A DNA stretch of 64,000 bases from assembly GCA_963715985.1 (NCBI GenBank), contig CAVQSP010000012.1:15839-79838 (forward strand). Reading direction: 5' to 3'. The position numbers and the translations under genes were made by a program. This document shows, piece by piece, positions 55,750 through 64,000 of this stretch (position 1 is the stretch's first letter; each line of letters opens with the position of its first letter). Source of the DNA: an uncultured Thermoleophilia bacterium. GTDB taxonomy: Bacteria; Actinomycetota; Thermoleophilia; UBA2241. The notes beneath the pieces were generated by a model. It did not search any database. It saw nothing but the letters and a program-made list of their open reading frames with translations, and was not told where the DNA came from.

Positions 55750-58335
55750 TTCTAGTCGGGCCGACTCGGCGCGGATCATGGCCGAGAACCGCTGCACCAT
55801 GATGGGGTCCAGCTCCCTCGCCGCCACCAGCGGAGCAGGTCGAGGCTCGAGCCGTTGCGCGCGGCGACGTCGTAGCGACGGCACACGGCGAAGGCGCGGG
55901 CCACACGCGGGATGTCGCTCCCGCGCCGACCCTCCGGATACCCCGAGCCGTCCCAGCTGCTCATTTCCGTAGATGAGGGCGTCCACGGCCCGGCCGCTCA
56001 CGTCGCCGGCGTGGGGGCTGCCGTTGCCACCCGAGCCCAACACGGCCGGGACCTCCTGCTGCAGGCGCTGCCGTCCGGGTCCACGACGGCCAGAGCCGTG
56101 ACGAGGCCGGCGGTCTCCGCCTCGTTCAACCGATGAAGGCCGCGAACCGGCGGCCGACGGCAACGAGGTCGGTGTCGGCGCCGGACCGGGAGACCGTCGG
56201 CGTCGCCCGAGAACAGGCACACGCGGTCGCGGCCCAGCGACTTGGCGCGGAGCAGCGCCGCGTCCGCGGCCGCCAGGACCTCGTCGCTGTGAGGGCCGAG
56301 TCAGGGAAGGCCGCCACGCCGACGGACACCGTGACGTGCAGCGCCGGCTGGCCGACGTCGATCTCGGCCACCCGCGAGCGGACGCGGTGGGCCAGCGTGA
56401 CGGCTTCCTGCAGGCCCGTGCGCGGGAGGATCATCGTGAACTCCTCGCCGCCGTAGCGGGCCAGGTAGTCGGACTCGCGCGAACAGCGCCGCAGCACGTC
56501 GGCGACCGCGCGCAGCACGTCGTCGCCCTTCTGGTGACCCACCGTGTCGTTCACCGCCTTGAAGTGGTCCAGGTCCATCATGAGGAGGCAGAATGTCTCG
56601 CCGTAGCGTTCCGCGCGGCGGACTTCCGCCGCGAGCGTCTCGTGGAAGTGGCGATGGTTGTAGATGCCGGTGAGGCCGTCGCTGATCGCCTGGCGCTCCA
56701 TCTCCTCGTACGCCAGCGCGTTCTGGATGGCGATGGCGGCCATGTTGGCGAACAGCTGGCCCACCTCGAGCTCCGACTCCTCGAAGGTGCGGCCCTCCAT
56801 GCGGTCGATGGTGAGGACGCCGGTCACCGTGCCGCGCACGGTGAGCGGGAGGATCAGCGAGGCCTGCCGTTCATGCTCGCCGTGCCGGGCACCTGCGCGA
56901 CGCGGGGGTCCGCGCTCCATGTCGTTAACGAGCTGCGGCTCGTCGTGACTCGCCACCCAACCGCTCACGCCCTCGTCCAGCGGAGACGCGGAAGGCCTGC
57001 GCAGCTCTCGGCGTCCACGCCGCGCGCGTAGATGCAGACCAGCTCGCGCGCTCTTCGTCGAGCAGGCGGATGTCCACGGCGTCGTAGTCGACCATCGTCC
57101 TTGAGCATGGTGGTCGATCTCCGGAAGACCGTGTCGCGGCCGAGCGTGCCGAGAAGGGCCGTGCTCAGGTCGAGCAGGCGTGCCGCAGCGCCAGCTGGCG
57201 CTCCAGCTCCCGCGACGCGGCCGCGGCCTCCTCGTACTGGCGCGCGTTCTGGATGGCGATGGCGGCCATGTTGGCGAAGAGCTTGGTCGGTTCGAGTTCC
57301 TATTCTGCGAAGGTGCGCCCGCCCATGCGGTCCAACGGCGAGCACGCCGATGACCGTCCCTGCCACCGTGAGCGGCGCGATGATGGACGCCTGCGGCTCC
57401 CAGTCGGTGCCGGGCACGAGCGCCCCGCGCGGGTCGCCCAGCATGTCGTTGACGAGCTGGGCCTCGTTGTGCGTCAGCACCCAGCCGCTCACGCCCACGT
57501 CCAACGGCGCACGCCAGCTCTTCATCTGCTCGGCCTCGCTGTCGCTCGCGAAGCCGCAGTAGAGCTCCCCGGCCTCCTCGTCCACCAGGCGGATCTCCAT
57601 GGCGTCGTAGGCGACGAAGTCGCCGAGCAGCGCCGCGATACGCCCGAACAGCTCGCGCTGGTCGAGGGTGATGAGCAGCGCTTCGCTGAGCTCGATGAGC
57701 CCGTGGCGCAGCCCGAGCTGCTGGCCGAGCTGCGCGGTGGCGGCCTGAAGCTCCTCGTAGTGCCGCGCGTTCTCGATGGCCTCGGCCGCATGCGTGGCGA
57801 AGACCTCCAGCGACTTGACGAGACTGAGCGCAGGGGGCTCCCGGTCCTCGGGGTCGAAGAGGTCGAGCACGCCCATGAGCTCGCGCCTCTGGTCGTACAG
57901 CGGCACGAAGAGGTCGTCGCCGGAGCGCCACTCGTCGTCGCGCCGCGGGCCCAGGTCGAGCGGCGGGAAGTAGTACTCCTGCTCGTCGGTCCACTCGTGG
58001 CGGCGCGCGTCGACGTAGTACGACGTGCCGATCTGGTACTTGGCGACGAACAGCTCGTCGAGCACCCGCCGCGGCACGGGCCTCTCGAAGAGGACGGCGT
58101 CGTAATCGGGGTGCTGGCCGAGCGTGGCGTGCACGCGAAAGGTCTCGCCGTCGGGCTCGACCAGATACACCGCCGCCTCACGGAAGCCGAAGGTCTTGCC
58201 CACGGCGCTCACGATGACGCTCACGATGGTGTCGAGCTCCAGGCTGGACTGCAGCTGGTTCGCAAGCGTCACGAGGCCGCGCAGCAGCTCGACCTCGCTG
58301 CGGTCCGCTTTCCGATCCCTGGTTCGGAACGCCAT
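55750..58335 (-). CDS. Multi-GAF diguanylate cyclase with degenerate HD-GYP-like tail, heavily frameshifted
   Basis: Three GAF-like repeats, DGLTG, DLDHFKAVND, RYGGEEF, WDGSGYP; 3' end approximate. Confidence 0.75.
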
Positions 58336-58548
58336 CCCGGCTCTCCCGATCGCCGGCGCCGCACACCGGGGCGCTCAGATTGTACGCCCCCCTCTCGAAG
58401 GCCGCGCGGACGCCCGTGATGCACCCCGCAACGATGGTTGTCGTCACAGACGCGGCATCACTTGAGCGCGGAGCCGTGCGCGGGCGGCGGGGCGAGGCCG
58501 GCGCCGGCGCCCGGGCACGGATGTCGGCAGACCGGGCCTGCCCGCCCC

Positions 58549-59379
58549 TCAGCTCCCGGCGTACGGGCCGAGCTTGAGCAGCTGCCGGGCCTCGTCCGGC
58601 GTCGCGCAGTCCCGGTCCCACTCCCCGGCGAGACGGGCGACCCTGGCCACCAGCGCGGCGTTCTCGCGGGCGAGCACGCCCTTGTGATAGTAGATGTTGT
58701 CCTCGAAGCCGAGACGCACGTTGCCCCCCAGGGCAAGGGCGGTCATCGTCACCGGCATGTGCCAGCGGCCGATGCCGGTGCACGTCCAGGTCGACCCCTC
58801 GGGGATGCGGTCGACCAGAAAGACGAGGTTGCGCGGCTCGCCGCTCATACTGCCGGGCACGCCGAGCACGAAGTCCCAATGCATTAGCGGGCCTGCCGGG
58901 CCGTACTGCTTCACGAGCCGCAGGGCGTTGTCGACCTGCCCGGCCTCGAAGATCTCGAACTCGGGGCGCACGCCCGCCGCCTGCATCCGCCTGTAGAACT
59001 CGCTCATCAGCGCCGTGTCGTTGAAGAACACCTCGTCGCCGAAGTTGGCGGTGCCGGTCGTGAGCGACGCCATCTCCGGCTTCAGCTCCAGCGGCTGCAG
59101 ACGCTCGTCGGCGGTCATGCCCATGGCCCCGCCGGTGCTGGTCTGGATGATGATGTCGGTGCGCGCGCGGATCTCCTCGATGGCCGCGGCGAAGACCTCC
59201 CGGGCCTGCGTCGGGTTGGCGTGCGCGTCGCGCACGTGCAGGTGGTACATGGCGGCGCCGGCCTCGCGGCAGCGTGCCGCGTCGGCGCCGATCTCGGCCG
59301 CCGTCACCGGCAGTCCCGGCTGGGCCTCCTTGGTAGTCTCGGCGCCGACGCCGGCCACCGTGATGATGAGCTTGTCCAT
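58549..59379 (-). CDS. kce: 3-keto-5-aminohexanoate cleavage enzyme (BKACE)
   Basis: MDKLIITVA.VGAE, HLHVRD, STGG, PEFEIF, RLGFEDN. Confidence 0.88.
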   Translation of the reverse strand: MDKLIITVAGVGAETTKEAQPGLPVTAAEIGADAARCREAGAAMYHLHVRDAHANPTQAREVFAAAIEEIRARTDIIIQTSTGGAMGMTADERLQPLELKPEMASLTTGTANFGDEVFFNDTALMSEFYRRMQAAGVRPEFEIFEAGQVDNALRLVKQYGPAGPLMHWDFVLGVPGSMSGEPRNLVFLVDRIPEGSTWTCTGIGRWHMPVTMTALALGGNVRLGFEDNIYYHKGVLARENAALVARVARLAGEWDRDCATPDEARQLLKLGPYAGS

Positions 59380-59387
59380 CGGTCCCC

Positions 59388-60657
59388 CTACTTCTGGTAT
59401 GGGTACTCCTGGCCCACGAACGCGAGGCTCTCCTCCACCACCTGCAGAGCCCGCTCGAGGTCGTGCTCGGTGTGCCGGTAGCAGATGTACCAGTGATGGT
59501 ACGGCTGCACGAAGAGGCCGCGGCGGATGCACTGCGTGTAGAACTCGCGTGCGCCGCTCCCTGTAGTGCTCGTCGGCGTGGTCGAAGGTGAGGAACGGCA
59601 TCGGCGGGATGCCGCTCATCGTCACCGGCACGCCGCTCCTCGCGACGATCTCGCCGAGCGAGTCGAGGAACTTCGTGCCGCGCTCCCAGATCGCCTCCGG
59701 CACCTGCTCGCGCTCGAGGATCTCGAGGCACTTCATGGCGGCCGCCATCTCGAGGCTGTTGGGGAAGTAGGTCGAGCTGAGGAAGGCGTCCTTGACGTAG
59801 ACGCTCATGACCTCGCGGCGGCCGACGAGCGCGGCGATCGCGTAGCCGTTGGCCATCGCCTTGCCGACCGTGGTGAGGTCGGGCGTGACGCCGTAGCGCT
59901 CGCTGGCCCCGCCCATGGCCACGCGGAAGCCGGTCCGGACCTCGTCGAAGCAGACCACGGCGCCCTCGTTGTGGGCGAGCGCGACGACGGCCTCGAGGTA
60001 GCCCGGGGGCGGGGCCACGACCGGCTTGGCCAGCGGGTGCCCGACCGGGGTGACGATGACCCCGGCGAGCTCGCCGGGGTTGTCGGCGAAGACGCGCTCG
60101 AGGTCGGCGAGGTCGCCGTACTCGAACTCGACCGTGAGGTCGGTGACGGCCTGGGGCACGCCGCCGTGGTGCTCGACGCACCAGTCGCCCCAGCCGTGGT
60201 AGCCGCAGCGCGCGATCTTGTCGCGGCCGGTGTGGGCGCGCATCGCGCGCACCGCCGCGTTGGTCGCGTCCGAGCCGGTCTTGACGAGGATCGTCTGCTC
60301 GCCGCAGGGCAGGAGCCCGGCGAGCCGCTCCTCGAGCTCGTTCTGCAGCGGCTGCACGAGGCTGAAGCAGAAGCCCTTCTCCATCTGCGCCCTGACGGCC
60401 TCGTTGATCTCGTCCTCGACGTAGCCGAGGATGATGGGCCCGTAGGCGCAGAGCATGTCGATGTACTCGTTGCCGTCGACGTCGACGATGTGGCCGCCAC
60501 GGCCGTGGGTGATGAACACCGGGTACTCGCCGACCACGAAGTTGTAGGGGCGGCGGATGCCGCCGACGCCGCCCGGCGTGAGGCGCTGGGCATCCTCGAG
60601 CATGGCCATCGACCTCGTGAGGTCGAGCTTGGGGGCGCTCTCGACGGGCTTCGTCAT
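59388..60657 (-). CDS. kat: HemL-like class III aminotransferase, probable 3-aminobutyryl-CoA transaminase (frameshift near 59550)
   Basis: PGGVGGIRRPYNF, KTGSDA, YHGW, FDEVRTGFR, GKAMANG, SSTY; adjacent to kce. Confidence 0.72.
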
Positions 60658-60957
60658 GTGGGCTCCTTTCGGCCGGACGAGGCGAGGTGGAAGTTGGTCA
60701 CGCCGGGCTCCCTCCCGAGCCGGTCGGGCTCGCGACGACGCGCCTCGTGCCCGCCGCCAGAGCGTATCGGATACGCCGCGCGCCGGCACCCCCCGCGTGC
60801 GGGACGCGGGCGCTGAGGGGCGCGAGAAGACCGCCGGCCGCCGGGGTCCGCACGGGCTTCTCGAGCATGTGGACGTCCGAGAAGCACTCCTGCTTGAGAT
60901 CCCCCGGGCGGCACTGCCGCCCCAGACGGCGCAGTGAACCTGTCGGGGCACCGGCGC

Positions 60958-61872
60958 TCAGGCTCCCGGCTCCAGCGAGGCGGCGCCCTCCTCCTCGCGC
61001 TCGCCGAACAGCACCACGAGCACGCCGGCAGCGACGATGAGCGCGCCGCCCGCTACCGTCCACGGGGAGATCGGCTGGCCGAGCAGCAGGAGCGCGTACA
61101 GGGGCGCCGACACGAGCTCGAGGTACCCGAGGATCGAACTGTGCTGCACCTTGATCAGGCCCATCCCCGAGGTCCACATGGTGTAGGCGAGCGCCGTGCA
61201 GACCACGCCGAGGATGACGCCGGCGATGAGGTCGCGAGACGTGAGCCGGTACCCGGCGCCGACGGTCTGCCAGAGCGCCAGAGGCAGCAGGATGAGCGCG
61301 TCCAGCCAGGCCTCCGTGAACACGATGGTGACGGCCGATACGCGCTTCGTCAGATCCTTGACGACGAGCTGGAAGACCGCGTAGCAGAGGCCGCCACCCA
61401 GACCTGCGGCGACGCCGACAGCCGAGAGCATCGCGCCGCCGCCCAGGAGGGTCGGCGCCAGGATGACGGTCAGCCCGCCCAGGGCGATGGCGAGCGCTGG
61501 GTAGACGATGCGCTCGGTGGGCGCCCGAGACACACGGGGGGCGATGAGCGCCACCCAGACCGGCGCGAGGAACTGCAGGAGCATGGCGATCGCGACCCCT
61601 GTCCAGCGGATGGCGATGAAGAAGAGCAGCAGCGTGACCGAATCGACGACGCCCATCAGAAGGAGGCGCGGCCAGACGGAGCGGGCGGTCACGCCGGAAA
61701 GCGGGCGTCGACGCGCGAAGAGCACACCCAGCACCAGCCCCGCGCTCGCGAAGCGCAGCACAAGGAGAGCGCTCTCCGGGGCGGTGGCCCAGTCCACCAG
61801 GACCCCGATGAGACCCATGATAAGGAAGGAGCCGGCGACGAGAAGATAGCCCCTGGCGGCGCGGCGGCTCAC
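60958..61872 (-). CDS. EamA/DMT family transporter
   Basis: About 10 TM segments, LRF, Q.LAPVW, YLELVSA. Confidence 0.88.
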   Translation of the reverse strand: MSRRAARGYLLVAGSFLIMGLIGVLVDWATAPESALLVLRFASAGLVLGVLFARRRPLSGVTARSVWPRLLLMGVVDSVTLLLFFIAIRWTGVAIAMLLQFLAPVWVALIAPRVSRAPTERIVYPALAIALGGLTVILAPTLLGGGAMLSAVGVAAGLGGGLCYAVFQLVVKDLTKRVSAVTIVFTEAWLDALILLPLALWQTVGAGYRLTSRDLIAGVILGVVCTALAYTMWTSGMGLIKVQHSSILGYLELVSAPLYALLLLGQPISPWTVAGGALIVAAGVLVVLFGEREEEGAASLEPGA

Positions 61873-61884
61873 CGGCGCCGCCTC

Positions 61885-62847
61885 TCACAGCGGCTCCGGC
61901 TCGGCGGCCACGGCGGGCGAGGCGTCGCCCTCGCCGCGGCCGAACACCACGACGAGCAGCCCGGCCCCGAGGATGAGGGCGCCGCCCAGCCCGGTCCACA
62001 CGCCCGGCAGCTGCCCGACCAGGAACACGGCGTACAGGGGTCCCGCCACGGGCTCGACGTAGCCGAGGATGGTGACGTGCTCCACGCGCACACGCCGCGT
62101 GCCTTCGATCCAGAGCGTGTACGGGATCGCCGTGCAGGCCACGCCCATGACGAGCGCGGCGATCCAGGCGCGCCCGTCAAGGCGGTAGCCGGTGCTGCTG
62201 AACTGCCACAGCGCCAGGGGAAGCACGATGAGCGCGTCACCGGCGGCCTCCGCCATCGAGATCGTGGAGGGCGCGACGATCTTGGTGAGCCCCTTGACCG
62301 AGACCGTGTAGGTTGCATAGCCGAAGCCGGTGAACAGCGCCGCCAGCAGGCCGGCGAGCGAGAGCTTGACGCCCTCGCCGAGGAGGTCGGGGAGCAGGAT
62401 GACGACGAGACCGGCGAGAGCCAGCGCGAGCGCGGGGAAGACGATGGGCTCGCGCGGCGAGCGGAAGAGGCGCGGCGCGGCGAGGGCGACCCAGACCGGC
62501 ATCAGGAACAGGAGGAACATGGCGATGGCCACGCTGGTGTGGAGCACCGCGAAGAAGAAGAGCAGCAGCGTGAGCGACGACATCGCCGCCATGACGATGA
62601 GGCGCCAGGCGGCGCCCGGGCGGCGCCAGTCGGCGATCATCGGCCGGCGCAGGAACACGGCCCCGAGGGCCAGGGCGGCGAAGGCCATGCGCAGCGTGAG
62701 GATGATGGCCTCGGGGGCGCCGGCCCATGCCACGAGCGGCGCGCTGCCGGCCATGCCCAGGTACGAGACGAGCACGATGCCGTAGCCGAGCAGGTCGCGG
62801 CGCGGGGGGCCGGTGGCCCCGGCGGCCGGTGACGCCGCGCCGCTCAC
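61885..62847 (-). CDS. EamA/DMT family transporter
   Basis: C-terminal part of ORF 61885..63666; FLMPVWV, YVEPV. Confidence 0.85.
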   Translation of the reverse strand: MSGAASPAAGATGPPRRDLLGYGIVLVSYLGMAGSAPLVAWAGAPEAIILTLRMAFAALALGAVFLRRPMIADWRRPGAAWRLIVMAAMSSLTLLLFFFAVLHTSVAIAMFLLFLMPVWVALAAPRLFRSPREPIVFPALALALAGLVVILLPDLLGEGVKLSLAGLLAALFTGFGYATYTVSVKGLTKIVAPSTISMAEAAGDALIVLPLALWQFSSTGYRLDGRAWIAALVMGVACTAIPYTLWIEGTRRVRVEHVTILGYVEPVAGPLYAVFLVGQLPGVWTGLGGALILGAGLLVVVFGRGEGDASPAVAAEPEPL

Positions 62848-63746
62848 GCCGGCGGCTCCAACTTGATGTCCGCCTCCCCGCGCAGGACCACGAGGATGCC
62901 GGCGGCGAGGATGAGGGCGCCGCCGGCCGCAGTCCAGGCGGTGATCGTCTGCCCCAGCAGCACCAGGGCGTAGATCGGCGCCGCCACCGGGGCGAGGAAG
63001 CCGAGCACCGCGCTGTGCTGCATGCGCACCCAGCGCACGCCCTCCATCCACAGGCTGTAGGCCACGGCCGTACAGACCAGCCCGAGGATGAGCGCCACAA
63101 GCACATCGCGCCCCGTGAGCGAATAGCCCATGCCGACGGTCTGCCACAAGGCGAGCGGCAGCAGGAACAGGCAGTCGAGCACGCACTCCGACAGGACCAT
63201 CGTGCCGCTGTCCACGCGCCGCGAAAGGTCCTTCACGATCAGGGCGAAGCCGGCGTACGAGAAGCCGGACAGCAGGCCGGCGAGCAGGCCCAGGGCAGAG
63301 GCGTGAACGCCGTCGCCCGACAACGCCGGCACGAGGATGATGGCCAACCCGGCAAGGGCGAGGCCGATAGCCACGTACACGACGCGCTCCGTGGGGCTGT
63401 GCAGCAGGCGCGGCGCCAGCACCGCGATCCACACGGGCTGGATGAAGAGAAAGAAGGTCGCAATGGCGACGCTGGTCTCGCGGATGGCCACGAAGTACAG
63501 CAGCAGCGCCGCGGCGTCGAAGAAGCCCATCAGCAGCAGCCGCGGCCAGACGTCGCGGCGCATGGCTCCGGCCAGCCTGCGCCTGCGCGCGACCACCGCG
63601 CCGATGACCAGGGAGGCCACGGCGAAGCGGAGCGCCAGCAGGGCGCTCCCCGGCGCCGTGGCCCACGTGACCAGCGTCCCGGACAGGCCGATGATCAGGT
63701 AGGACGCGGCCACCATCGCGTAGGCCTGCGTGGCGCGGCCTCTCAT
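62844..63746 (-). CDS. EamA/DMT family transporter
   Basis: Paralog of neighbours; FIQPVWI. Confidence 0.88.
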   Translation of the reverse strand: MRGRATQAYAMVAASYLIIGLSGTLVTWATAPGSALLALRFAVASLVIGAVVARRRRLAGAMRRDVWPRLLLMGFFDAAALLLYFVAIRETSVAIATFFLFIQPVWIAVLAPRLLHSPTERVVYVAIGLALAGLAIILVPALSGDGVHASALGLLAGLLSGFSYAGFALIVKDLSRRVDSGTMVLSECVLDCLFLLPLALWQTVGMGYSLTGRDVLVALILGLVCTAVAYSLWMEGVRWVRMQHSAVLGFLAPVAAPIYALVLLGQTITAWTAAGGALILAAGILVVLRGEADIKLEPPA

Positions 63747-64000
63747 CCGAGGAGCTCCAGATCGATCTCCTCGCGGCCGTACAGCACCGCGAGGATGCCG
63801 GCGCCGACGATGAGGGCGCCGCCGGCCAGCGTCCAGGCGGAGGGCACCTCGCCGAGGAACACCAGCGCGTAGAGCGGCGCGCTCACCGGCTCGAGGTAGG
63901 CGATGATGGAGGCGTGCTGCACGCGCACGTAGCGCAGGCCGTGCATGAACAGGCTGAACGAGAAGGCCGTAGTCACCAGGCCCAGCAGGGCGGCCATGAG
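63743..64000 (-). CDS. EamA/DMT family transporter (partial)
   Basis: HASIIAYLEPVSAP C-terminal repeat. Confidence 0.8.
   Translation of the reverse strand, partial: LMAALLGLVTTAFSFSLFMHGLRYVRVQHASIIAYLEPVSAPLYALVFLGEVPSAWTLAGGALIVGAGILAVLYGREEIDLELLG

Noticed and set aside
60660-60950. Lysine riboswitch or another GTCC-N8-GGAC site upstream of kat
   Set aside because: Hairpins and a palindrome (gcgtatcggatacgc) exist, but lysine riboswitch consensus elements are not evident and only a half operator is present.

Overview
High-GC bacterial chromosome segment, probably from an anaerobic actinobacterium (Thermoleophilia-like; inferred from the PimA/PimB-like glycosyltransferases, UPF0182 protein and anaerobic enzymes). 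Many genes carry single-base frameshifts, most likely long-read assembly errors. Bases 1-31.5 kb form one catabolic locus. It holds hutU, a 4-subunit 2-oxoacid:ferredoxin oxidoreductase, sucCD, hutH, three MttB-family methyltransferases (the two complete ones lack pyrrolysine) and a corrinoid protein. It also holds two unusual double-HTH IclR regulators, a peptide-type ABC importer, a molybdopterin/FeS/flavin module, a second ammonia-lyase with Ala-Cys-Gly instead of Ala-Ser-Gly, pckA and a HisC-like aminotransferase. A 16-bp palindrome (GTCC-N8-GGAC) lies upstream of almost every transcription unit here, in four cases exactly 15 bp before a -35-like hexamer, so the locus looks like one activated regulon. 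My best hypothesis is corrinoid-dependent demethylation and fermentation of N-methylated histidines such as hercynine. The rest of the window has tRNA-Asp, lipid glycosyltransferases, a two-component pair, csp, an RpoD-like sigma factor and a decaying toxin-antitoxin/integrase island next to tRNA-Val. It ends with a minor-pilin operon carrying a beta-solenoid protein, a GAF-GGDEF protein, kat-kce (lysine fermentation variant) and four tandem EamA transporters.
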